Shown here: positions 14,946-26,930 of the stretch, piece by piece
How positions within the stretch are numbered: the stretch's first letter is position 1
How the letters are laid out: every line of letters begins with the position of its first letter
Assembly (NCBI RefSeq): GCF_009914755.1
Contig: NC_060936.1
Origin: the human T2T-CHM13v2.0 reference genome, Homo sapiens
Reading direction: 5' to 3' (one strand)
DNA length: 64,000 nucleotides
The notes under the pieces: generated by a model
What the model saw: the letters and a program-made list of their open reading frames with translations, nothing else
Databases searched by the model: none
What the model was told of the DNA's origin: nothing
Program-made: the position numbers and the translations under genes

Positions 14946-15632
14946 TATAACCGCCCAATGGGTTCACCTTGCCTGCAGCCTAGACAGAGCTGATTTACCA
15001 AGACAGGGGAATTGCAATAAAGAAAGAATAATTCATGCAGAGCCCACTGTGTGGGATACTAAAGTTTTATTATTACTCAAATCAGTCTCCCCGAACATTC
15101 GGGGAGCAGAATTTTTAAGGACAACTTAGTGGGTAAGGGTAAGCCAGCAAACTGGGAATGCTGATTGGTCAGGGATGAAGTCATAGGGAGTCAAAGCTGT
15201 CTCTTCCCGCTGAGTCAGTTCCTGAGTGGGGGCTACAAGATCAGATGAGCCAGTTTATCAATCTGGGTGGTTCCAGCTGATACATCAAGTGCAGGGTCTG
15301 CCAAATATCTCAAGCACTGCTCTTGGGAGCAGTTTAGGGAGGGTCAGAATCTTCTAGCTGCGTGACTCCTAAACCATAATTTCTAATCTTGTGGCTAATT
15401 TCTTAGTCCTACAAAGGCAGTTGAGTTCCCCGGTAAGAAGGAGGTTTGTTTTGGGAAAGAGCTGTTATTGTCTTTGTTTTAAATGATAAACTATAAACTA
15501 AATTCCTCCCAAAGTTAGTTCAGCCTATGCCCAGGAATGAACAAGGACAGCTTGGAGGTTAGTAGAAAGATGGAGTCGGTTAGGTTAGATCCCCTTCACT
15601 TTCTCAGTCATAATTTTGCAAAGGCAGTTTCA
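14946..15632 (-). mobile_element. LTR8 solo LTR (ERV1)
   Basis: Reverse complement starts TGAAACTGCCTTTGCAAAATTATGACTGAG and ends CAAGGTGAACCCATTGGGCGGTTATA. Confidence 0.9.
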
Positions 15633-15947
<315 letters not shown>

Positions 15948-15949
15948 CT

Positions 15950-16190
15950 AATATTTATTTGAGCACATTTATCTGTCAGATGCTGCTTTATGCTGATAAC
16001 ATGCATTATGTCATTTAATGCCGAAAACAACCCTATGAAGTTGGTATTATTGTTATTATTGTTATCCCTATTGTACAGATGAAAAAATTGGAGCACAAAG
16101 AGGTTAAACAATCTGTCCAAGTTACATAGCAAATGAAGGCACATGAATCCAAACCAGAGAGTCTGCCTCCAGAGTCTGTGCATTTAGCCC
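15950..16190 (-). mobile_element. MIR
   Basis: AACAACCCTATGAAG...TACAGATGAAAAAATTGGAGCACAAAGAGGTTAAACAATCTGTCCAAGTTACATAGC. Confidence 0.88.
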
Positions 16191-17179
16191 CTATGCAAAA
16201 AGTGCCAGAAATAGAGTAGTTTTAAGAGCAGGCAATGCTCATATAGGGCTACTATTATCTAAGAAGATAGTAAAGAATCAGCTGTGGGCAATAGTAGAAT
16301 AAACTATGTCGGCAAGGTAGAAAGCACAAAGATGATGATATCAGAGTAGCTTCAATTAGGAAATGATATTTCAGATAGATTTTAAAGAATGAAAAGAATA
16401 TTTGCCTCCTTAAAAGGTCTACTTCAAATGAAAATTTATAAAGATACATGTTTTTCCTTGATTATTCCAATCAAATTTGATCACTCAATCTTCTAAATGT
16501 CTTTGTATTAAACATATATAAAAATATGTTTTCTTACCACAGACAGATCTGAGATCAGCAACATTCTGAGAAACTTCCATACACTTACATTATTTATATG
16601 AAAATTTACAATTCAAACTATTTATCTTAGCCTCTCTGATTAATATTCTATCTTATAGTATATACACACACACCTACACATGCACACACACACACAAAGA
16701 CACACAGAGCAAATTTTAGTATCCAAGACACTCTTGCCACAATAGTTTTTCTTTTCCTCAAGTACGCCAAACTTTGGCCTTTTTCCTTTCTCTGTTTAAT
16801 CTTTTCCAAATCTTAGATTGGTAGCTCTTTCTTATGTTTCTTCTAGGCTACAGTACATAGAGCAGCACTTTGGTTTTATTTTTTAAAATCTTCTGGGGAC
16901 AAAGCCTTTATCTAGATATTGCAACTTCTCCTCTGCTCTACTTCCTGTAAAGATGCTTGTCCCCATTTGAACATTGAATATATTAATAAGTGAGTAGATA
17001 AATTTGGCTTAATTCTGAAGTTCTTGTCCACTAATATAAGTTACAATCTCCAGATTAGCTTTTATAAATAACAGAAGAGTTCATTTTGCTTCATGTGCTT
17101 TTATTCTTTATTTCAGTCAGATATTAAGTAAATCATCTTAAAGAACATAACATAATTTATATCTTCAAATTACTTCTAT

Positions 17180-17680
17180 AATTTTTATCCACAATGTCTG
17201 ACACTCAGAAATAATCAAGTAAAAGGGAAGTCAAGGCTTGATTAAATACCAAGAGAAAAATAAAATAACCAGGGAAATTAGAAGACGTTTTGCATCAGAT
17301 GAATGAAAATAAAGCAGTGTTTAAAAAATGTTTAGCTTGAAAGCCTATATTCAACAAAAAGAATGATTTAAAATAACCAAAGCAGCCACATTAAGAAACT
17401 AACAAAGAAAGGCTGATCTAATTTCCAAGCAAGAAAAAAAGAAGGAAACCATAAAGATTCTATAGAAGAACAATAAAATAGTAACAGAAAGATAAAATTG
17501 TAGAAAAATCAATTAAAGCAAAAGTTGACTCACTTTTCAGATAAAAGCTTTGATAAATTTTGGTTAAACTGGCAAGCAGAGAAGACAGAAGACACAAATT
17601 TTAAGAATCCAACATAAAAGGATATCATTATTGATGACTCTTTGGAAATAACACAGGTTATAAAGATACTGTGGCTTGGA
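17180..17680 (+). mobile_element. Degenerate L1M ORF2 fragment
   Basis: A-rich, GAAAAATCAATTAAAGCAAAAGTTGA...GGATATCATTA, matching the L1 post-endonuclease region. Confidence 0.65.
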
Positions 17681-17941
17681 ACTAGAAGACCTACACAGTG
17701 GAATAACCAAATAGAAGAATCCTGGGTTCCTCATAGAGTGAACATGATAGTGTGTGTACACTGGAGAGACATAAAGGAGTTCAGAAGAAGTCTTCACAAG
17801 TAAACTTTTGAGGTTACTCTCTCACCTTAAGGCCCAAGTTTAACCTGGTTGATTTTAAGTTCTTTAACAAGAAGTTTCCAAAATATTTAAAAGGGCTTAT
17901 AAAAGTAAATATTTAAAAGGGCTTATAAAAAAATATAAAAG

Positions 17942-19538
17942 TGGCCAAGATGGCTGACTATAAGCAGCTAGTGCTTGTGGCTCTCACGGAGAGGAACAAA
18001 AGGGGCAAGTAAATACAACACCTTCAATTGAAACACCCATGTACTCACATTGACATTAATCACAGAAACAACTTGACCCACAGAGAATGAAGCAAAGCAA
18101 GACAAGACAATGGCCCACCTGGCAGCAACATGGAGTCAGGGGATCCTCCCCAGCCCAGGGAAGCCATAAATGAATGAGCCACCCCAGGAAACTATGCTTC
18201 TCCCACAGATATTTGCTACCCTAGGGTCAAAAGATCTCCTTGTGAACCCACTCCACTAGGGCCTTCAATCTTCAGTCTGTCAGACAGAGCTACATGGAGT
18301 CTCAGCAGAGCAGCTGCTCAGGTGTGCATGGAAACCATGGAGCCTTAGATACTTCGACTTTCTGGCAAAAGTAGCTGCTGCTCTAGCAAAGTAGAAGGTT
18401 AGACTCCTGTACATAACCCCAGGCAAGAGGCTGAATCCAGGGGGCTGAGCAGCAAAAGCCCATAGGCTGCATTTCCAGAGCACCTCACAAGATTAGACCC
18501 ACTGGCTTAAAATTACAATCAGCTACCAGTAGCAGCACTGCACTCCCCTAAGAAGGATCTCCCAGAAGGAGGGTCAGGCTCCCATCTTTGCTGTTCAGGA
18601 GCCTTTGCCATTCCAGCCTTCAGGCTTTGGAGAGCCTGAGCCAACCCAGGGCAGATGGGATCCCCCAGCACAGCACAGCTGCTCTACCAAAATGTGGCCT
18701 GACTGCTGCTTTAAGCAGGCACTCAATCCTGGGCAGGACCTCCCAGTCAAGGCCTTCAGCCACACCCACCTGAGCTCTCCAGCCATCAGACATCTGAATT
18801 GCCCTAGGACGGCACTCCTAGAGGAGAAGGTAGGTCGCCATCTTTGCTGTTTGGGTGACTTAACCATTCGAGCCTTTGAGCATTGGAGTGCCTGAGGTGA
18901 CAGAGGGCTGAAGTGGACCCCCAGCGCAGCAGAGCTGATTTACCAAAATATGGCCAGACTGCTTTTTTTAAGTGGGTTCCTGTCAAGTTCCTTCTCTCTG
19001 GGGGGGACCTCTCAACTGGGGTCTCCAGCCATTTCTTATACATGCTTATAGGCTGGCAACAGGTCCATACCTCCCTGAAACAAAGCTCCCAGAGGGAGGG
19101 ACAGGCTATCATCTTTGCTGTTTTGCAACCTTCACTGGTGATGCCTCCAGGTTCTGGAAAATCTGAGGTGACTAGGGAATGGAGCAAGCCCCAAGCATAG
19201 CATAGTAGCCCTATGGAAAAGTAGACAGAGTATAACGTAGGTGCTTGTTTCCATGTCTCCTCAGCAGGCAGGTCCTCCAGGTCTGGTACTCCAGCCACCC
19301 CTGAAGGAGCTATCAAGACAGTACCAACTCAGCAACTCCCTGGAAAGAGCCTCCAGGGGCAATTCAAAGCCTCTCTGCCACTGCCTATGCAGTGGAACTG
19401 CCCTTGCCATCCTTGGGCTAATGAAGGAGCAAAGACCCTAAGTGCCTCATCCACACCTCCATCAAGCTTCAGCCAATTCAAGGAGAGGTGTCAGTCTGTC
19501 TCCCACAGGTCCCACATACGCTCCATGGCTCATCACCA
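17942..19538 (+). mobile_element. Older primate L1 5' UTR only (about L1PA13-16/L1PB type)
   Basis: Starts GGCCAAGATGGCTGACTATAAGCAGCTAG (YY1-type L1 start). GC-rich, with CATCTTTGCTGTT repeated at ~18583, ~18839 and ~19110. No ORF1 follows. Confidence 0.8.
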
Positions 19539-19682
19539 CGCCCGGCTAATTTTTTTGTATTTTTAGTAGAGACGGGGTTTCACCATGTTAGCCAGGATGA
19601 TCTCGATCTCCTGATCTCGTGATCCGCCCACCTCGGCCTCCCAAAGTGCTGGGATTACAGGCGTGAGCCACTGCTCCCAGCC
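19534..19682 (-). mobile_element. AluY-type, left monomer only (3' part missing)
   Basis: GTTAGCCAGGATGATCTCGATCTCCTGATCTCGTGATCCGCCC with many CpGs retained. No right arm and no poly-A. Confidence 0.92.
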
Positions 19683-19964
19683 ATGGTTTTTTTTTATATT
19701 GTCATATATTTCCAGTATCTAATGCAATGTCAGCCTCAATAAATATTTGATGAATGTAACTTGGCAGTTAGCCATGCCTTTTCAGTGAATGATTCATAGG
19801 AAACACCCAATGCAATCGATTGATTATAATTACCAAAGAAAGATCGCTGCAAACAGAATGTATTACATGTTGTTTTCCTCATCATGATGACTGTCTTTAC
19901 TAGATAGGGTAGAAACATAAGTAATTCAAAAAAACTAAAGAGTAATAAAACGACTCAAATGAGA

Positions 19965-20320
19965 TTGAGATAGAAAGCTCAGGGCTGTTTTGGAAGTTTG
20001 TGGTCACTAACGACTCAGGATTCTTGCTGCTTTGCCACTCTTAATGGCTTCTACCTTTAAATTACAACATTGCTACTTCAGTTCCAGGTAAACTATATAG
20101 GCTCCAGAAAGCAGAAGACAGGAAGAGATGAGGGCAAAAGAAACATACATATACTGGTTGAGCATGTCCAATAAAAAGAGCTGTTCTTGACACTGACCCA
20201 GTAACTTCAGCTTTACATGTTATTGAAAACACCTTTCAAAAAGGAAATTGAAATGTAGATGTTTTGATCAATGTATCGTCACCTCAAACAATATACTGAT
20301 CTGTTAGTAAGATAGATAGG
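19965..20320 (-). mobile_element. Old ERVL-class LTR fragment (LTR33-like)
   Basis: CAACATTGCTACTTCAGTTCCAGG...CCCAGTAACTTCAGCTTTACATGTTATTG...TCTGTTAGTAAG. Degenerate resemblance only. Confidence 0.45.
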
Positions 20321-21660
20321 AGAAATATAAAGCATTTTTCTCCTCCCTTATGGAATGTGTCCATTTTTAGTTATTTGAGCATATTGCATCCTAAAACTGT
20401 TTTTTTTAACAAAACCTATTGGAAATATGTCTTGGAAAAACATATATTTTATTGTATATTTTCCTTTAAGCCTATTGCCCAAAAATTCTAAACAAGGGAA
20501 GCTCAGTATTAGAAATGGATTTATGGTTCAAAACATTAAAAAATTGAGAAATGCATTGTGTAAAACCGAAAGACAAACCTCACCTGGATTCCAGATACAT
20601 ACATGAAGATACAACACTATGTATTACACTGTGTACACTTTCAAATATATCTTCATCAAAAATCAGACGAGACATCAACATCTTATCTATCGATCTTCCC
20701 CAACTACCCTCTTCTCAACTCTTATGAAGCCTCATTCAGTTAATTCTTTATGTAAAAAACTATTGAAGTTAAGCCATAGCAGCAGGAAAGCTTTTTTTTT
20801 CTTTTCATTTTTGAATGTGTTTTTTTTATAGGTCTGTGTGCTTACATATGAGTGCACGCCTGCTGTTTGGCCATTCTTTCACACCAAACAATGAATCCAC
20901 ACAGAGATAACCTGAATTGGGAGTTTAGCAGTGCTGCCATTTCTTCATTCTACCTTTGTTTAACTTTTCTGTCACTAGTTCTAAGCTAAAAACAGAATAA
21001 ATTGCCAGAATAAAGTAAGAATTGCAGATTCTCAAAATGTATACCCTCCCCCAATGCAGAAAGATAGTCTGATATTTGAATTCCCAAGGGAATTTCTTCA
21101 GAAACATTGAATAAATGGGGTTGAAAAATTCAAGGATGCAAACACTTAAGAAAGGTATGGATGGACTCAATACATTTAAAAGAAAAACATTCTAAGGATT
21201 CAAGAATGAATTACAATTTGAAATGAAATCATTTTTATATTTGTGCTTACTTTTAACTTTAGGGACTATTCTATCACAAGGGACTTTGCTTTTAATTGAT
21301 TAGGTAAGGCGCTGAAGAACTAAATAGACTACTCTTTTTATTCCTTGACAGTTTTGCTGTTTCAAGAAAGAAAAGCATTCCTGGGCCAAAAGAAACATGA
21401 ACTGACTTCTGAAAAATAACACTTTTAAAATTTTGTCAAACATTGTTAATACAATTATATGAAATTAAATTATCTCTCTCTACTGTTTCTTCTTAGTGTG
21501 TCAGAAATACTAAACAGGTTCCAATTGATTGTACTTTACACACATTGAATACAGACTATACAAAGTGTTTAAAGATTTGTAAGATTTAAAAGACTTATTT
21601 AAGAAAAATGTCATTTTCTTTAAGTGTTAAATAGACAGCAATATAGTTCTATCTCTTCTC

Positions 21661-21661
<1 letters not shown>

Positions 21662-21706
<45 letters not shown>

Positions 21707-21719
21707 TGTGTGTGTGTGT
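21662..21719. repeat. (TG)n microsatellite
   Basis: About 29 TG units with one TA interruption. Confidence 0.97.
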
Positions 21720-22189
21720 AGCGGCAAGAGGGGCACATTGAGAGGAAGCACAAGATTTCTCTAGAGGAAGCTGTTGCCCACTGCATTAATACATGTGACA
21801 TATTGACATATTTAATCCATCAAACATAAGGCTTGCTTCCATTTAGTTTGTGACAATTTGAACAACTATGTACAGGTAAATACATTGCTGTTAGCTTTGT
21901 ATTTTCTATAAACACTCCTAAGGAGAATTAAGATAAAATCACTGAAGAATTATTCCACTATTTATGCATGATGTTTTAATGTGTTCCTTTTTTATTTTAA
22001 AATTTTAACACAAAATATTTTGAACAGACAAATATGTCACACAAATGATACCCAACATAATGTAATATACTTCAGTTTCAGGAAAATGTTAAGAACATCA
22101 TACATAAAGCTGTGACTGACCTTAAGTTTCTAAAGAGGAATCAAGCTGCACTCACATTACTTGTTTGCTTATTTTTTATGCTCACTTTC

Positions 22190-22955
22190 TTATTTATTTA
22201 TTTATTTTTATTTTATTTTATTTTTATTATTATTATACTTTAAGTTTTAGGGTACATGTGCACAACGTGCAGGTTTGTTACATATGTATACATGTGCCAT
22301 GTTGGTGTGCTGTACCCATTAACTCGTCATTTAGCATTAGGTACATCTCCTAATGCTATCCCTCCCCCCTTCCCCCACCCCACAACAGTCCCTGATGTGT
22401 GATGTTCCCCTTCCTGTGTCCATGTGTTCTCTTTGTTCAATTCCCACCTATGAGTGAGAACATGCAGTGTTTGGTTTTTTGTCCTTGCAATAGTTTGCTG
22501 AGAATGATGGTTTCCAGTTTCATCCATGTCCCTACAAAGGACATGAACTCATCATTTTTTATGGCTGCATAGTATTCCATGGTGTATATGTGCACATTGT
22601 TGGACATTTGGGTTGGTTCCAAGTCTTTGCTATTGTGAATAGTGCTGCAATAAACATACATGTCCATGTGCCTTTATAACAGCATGATTTATAATCCTTT
22701 GGGTATATACCCAGTAATGGGATGGCTGGGTCAAATGGTATTTCTAGTTCTAGATCCCTGAGGAATCGCCACACCGACCTTCACAATGGTTGAACTAGTT
22801 TAAAGTCCCACCAACAGTGTAAAAGTGTTCCTATTTCTCCACATCCTCTCCAGCACCTGTTGTTTCCTGACTTTTTAATGATCGCCATTCTAACTGGTGT
22901 GAGATGGTATCTCATTGTGGTTTTGATTTGCATTTCTCTGATGGCCAGTGATGAT
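22190..22955 (-). mobile_element. 5'-truncated young L1 (L1PA3-like) 3' end
   Basis: T-rich tail, then TATACTTTAAGTTTTAGGGTACATGTGCAC and CATTTAGCATTAGG. Encodes the ORF2 C-terminus [34 protein letters not shown]. Small internal deletion near 22593. Confidence 0.95.
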
Positions 22956-23156
22956 TTTCTAAGAATAATATTTCTTACAGAAATAGCAAAAAGGGATTTT
23001 AGTGGTTAATTTTACTTCCAAATTTCAACCAAATTTAAATGCTATTTATATAAATTGTGCCCACTATTTTAAATCCTGGTTTGCATTATAATATGCAGCA
23101 TCAGAAGAAGGCCACCTATCATTTGCTATACAAATATGGGCTATAATACTAGGTAG

Positions 23157-23541
<385 letters not shown>

Positions 23542-23617
23542 TAATAAAAATATGCCACTTAAAATGCTTTCAATTCTCACATTGGAGGATAACTGCAACT
23601 TTTGTTGTTATGCCTGG

Positions 23618-24183
23618 TGTGATGGTTAATATTGAGTGTCAACATGATTGGATTGAAGGATGCGAAGTATTGTTCCTAGGTGTGTCTGTGAGGGTGTTGC
23701 CAAAAGAGATTAACATTTGAGTCAGTGGACAGAGATAGGCAGACCGATCCTCAATCTGGGTGGGCACCATCCAACCGGCTGCCAGTAGGGCTAGAAAATG
23801 TACGTGGAAAAGTGGAAAAAGGTGGAATAAGCAGACTTGCTGTGTCTTCCGGCCTTCATCATACTCCCATACTGGATGCTTCCTGCCCTTGAACATTAGA
23901 CTCCAATTTCTCTGGCTTTTGGACCCTTGGACTTACACCAGTGGTTTGCCAGGGGCTCTCGGGCCTTTGGGCACAGACTGAAGACTGCACTGTCGGCTTC
24001 CCTAGTTTTGAAGTGTTGGGACTTGGACTGATCCACCACTGGCCTCTTTGCTCCTTAAATTGCAGACGGCCTATGGTGGGACTTTACCTGTTATCGTCTG
24101 AGTCAATTCTCCATAACAAACTCCCTTTCATATATACATATATGCTATTAGTTCTATCCCTCTAGACAAACCTGACTACTACA
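23618..24183 (+). mobile_element. MLT2A solo LTR (HERV-L)
   Basis: TGTGATGGTTAATATTGAGTGTCAAC...GATTGGATTGAAGGATGC...CCTGACTACTACA, with 5-bp TSD CCTGG/CATGG. Confidence 0.92.
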
Positions 24184-24392
24184 CATGGCATATTTTAAAA
24201 ACACGGCCACATTAAGTCTAATTATAAAATATGTAGTATTTCATCACTGAATTCATGACTTACAGAGAAATATTAAGTATAAAAAAACACATGGCATATT
24301 TTAAAAACATGCCCACATTAAGACTAATTACAAAATATGAGTATTTGATCACTGAATTCGTGACTTATAGAGAAATATTAAGTATAAAAAAA
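24181..24392. repeat. Tandem duplication, 2 x ~106 bp
   Basis: Copies start at 24181 and 24287 and differ at 8 positions by eye. Confidence 0.95.
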
Positions 24393-26815
24393 TACTGATT
24401 CCTTTCAGTTCTATGCTTAATTAGGAGAGCCAGTCTCTGAGCACCTTTGGAACAAATCCCGTTTGTCTCAGTTCCAAGAGTATACATTGTCAATTACTCA
24501 TATCCCTAGGAACTTTACCTGCCAATGCTACCTTAGCTCCCAATAAAATTATAAGACATTTTCATATTTAAGTACTTGTCACCTCGTATAGACACATATT
24601 TACTTCTGGTTCTGGTAGAAAAGCAGCATGGATAACATTTAAATTATGGTTCATTCATTGGGATAGGCCATTTTACAAAGAGTCAGGAAAAATCGGACCA
24701 TAAGCATAGTCCCCATGTTTCCTAGCCAACAATTCCTGACACTTTTATTACAAAAGCATTAAAGTAAAATTGTTATTTTAACTTTACTTCTCCTTTTTTC
24801 CTTTGAACTTTCATGTTCTGTCCTTTTAATTTTAATTCACATCAAGTTGATAAAATCATATTTTATTCTGTAACAATGTGCCTTCCTAATTTTTTCTTTA
24901 GGCTTATTCTAAGTGTGATAACCAAATTAATAAACATTTCCATTATTTGAAAGATACACACACAAACATTGTGTAACTGTTGTTTAGAATGATGTGTGTA
25001 AATTATACTTCTTCAAATTTAGTCCACTGTGACAAACCTTGGATCAATAAAATATTCCTAACATCTAGATGAATTAAATGATTTTTATTTACACTTATTG
25101 TTCGAAATCATTCCACATTTTACTTTACCTGACACTTCAGCAATAAATGTGCTACTTCTAAAAGTTGCCTTGCTTGTTCATAGAGGACTCAAATACTTTT
25201 ATTATTATATTACTAATATCATTCACTCCTTAATCTTTTTCTTCATTTTAAAAAATAGAATTCATTTTTCTTTTTAAGATATTCTTAGAATCCACTGATA
25301 TTTTAACTTAAATTCAACTAGCTGTTTTCTAGGCCTGTTACCTAGTTGGGATTTTTTTTTTCCACATAAATCTTCAGAATGTTTCATCATTTCTTGTTGC
25401 TATGCATTTCTCTTCCTTGGATTTTGCTGAATTATATGCTTAAGTAATTTCCTCACAAAAGGATGTATTTCAAAATAAATTGCATACATTATTGCTACCT
25501 AAAACTACATTTATGTGGCCCTGGCACTTGAATGATAGCTTGTCTGGGGATAGAATTTCAGAATTTCGAAGGCCTTGCATCACCATCTTTTGAGCATTTT
25601 ACTCATGTAGCTTTCTGTATGAATCTCATTCAATAGTACGTGGTTTTTTAGTTGTTTAATTTTTTTAAAATATGTTTTTCCTCTGTGAAAACTTCTGACT
25701 CAATCATTCGTGATGTTTGGTATATTACAATGATGTGTATTTATATGAGCCTTTTATCATTCTTTTTGGTACTTGGAAACTTTTAAAAATCTTGTGACCA
25801 TTTTCCTCAATCTGGGAAATTAAAATTGCTCTATTAATAGATTTTATTTTAAATAATTATTATCAACTTTGTGGAATTTTCTATTTTATCACTTTTATTA
25901 TAATATCACTCAGTTTAAAAAGATGAACCACACCTACTGACTAAAATTAAGCATTTTGTTAGAATTATTCTGTTTGAGCTCAATAGCAATAAACAGCTCA
26001 ATTTAATTTTCTTGAAACTAAAGTTCTTATTGCTTGGGTTTATTTCCACTATATTTTACAGATATGTGGTAACCATGTCCTTGAAATCTTATTGTAAATT
26101 AACTAACAAAGAACTGGGATATATTTTCACTCATAATGCCAGATGATTGGTGTGGGAAATTAGACCAACACTATGAATTTATCTTGCTCAGAGAAGCTAC
26201 TTCCTACCCTTTTGTGGTCAGTGAACCAGGGCAGATCATTTTAATCCCATAAGGGGTGGAGGTAATTTAAGGCTGGGTAATATAAGGCCAGATGGCTCAC
26301 TATACATCTGGCTCATTTCCACTGCTAGTAAACGTTGTATTGGTATTCCCAACTATGATCCTGCATTGTTTACAGAGTCCTCTTCCTTGTAGGTTCCTGA
26401 GCTCAAAATATCTTCCTCACTGTAGCAATGTCAAATCCTCTGCTCTGCTTTCTAGCCACATTCTGCAGAGCCTCTTGTAAACCCTCTGTTTTTCTTTTCT
26501 TTGTACCATCTAGGAACGAACTAGTGCTTCAACCAGCTAGGAACTCTGCTCATTCTACACTTTATCAGTGCATTTAGAAAGTACACTTGGCCACTGAAAA
26601 TTACGAGCTACAAAAACTTCAAGTTAATTTACTCTGGATCACATAGCCAGTAAGAAGCAGATTTCATACATTACTCAGTTTTGTTTTGTTTTAACTCCAA
26701 CTTTCAGTACATCTTTACTATGGACTTGCTACATATCTACTGTGACAAATCTCATTTGTTACGAATTATCTGTTGCCAGTCAATATTATCTGGAATTGTT
26801 AAATTTATCAATACC

Positions 26816-26930
26816 TTCTTTCTAATCTAAAATGTAAATATAATTTATTCCAAATATAATTTATTCCATAAATTCTTTCTAAACTAAAATGTAAATATAA
26901 TTTATTCCAATATAAATATAATATATTCCA
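26816..26930. repeat. AT-rich hierarchical tandem repeat
   Basis: A 57-bp unit twice, each holding two copies of AAATATAATTTATTCC. Confidence 0.85.

Noticed and set aside
18280-19441. Dense overlapping ORFs of 61-170 aa in a GC-richer island
   Set aside because: They lie within the repeated monomers of an L1 5' UTR, show no protein similarity I recognise, and the region is too CpG-poor to be a CpG island.
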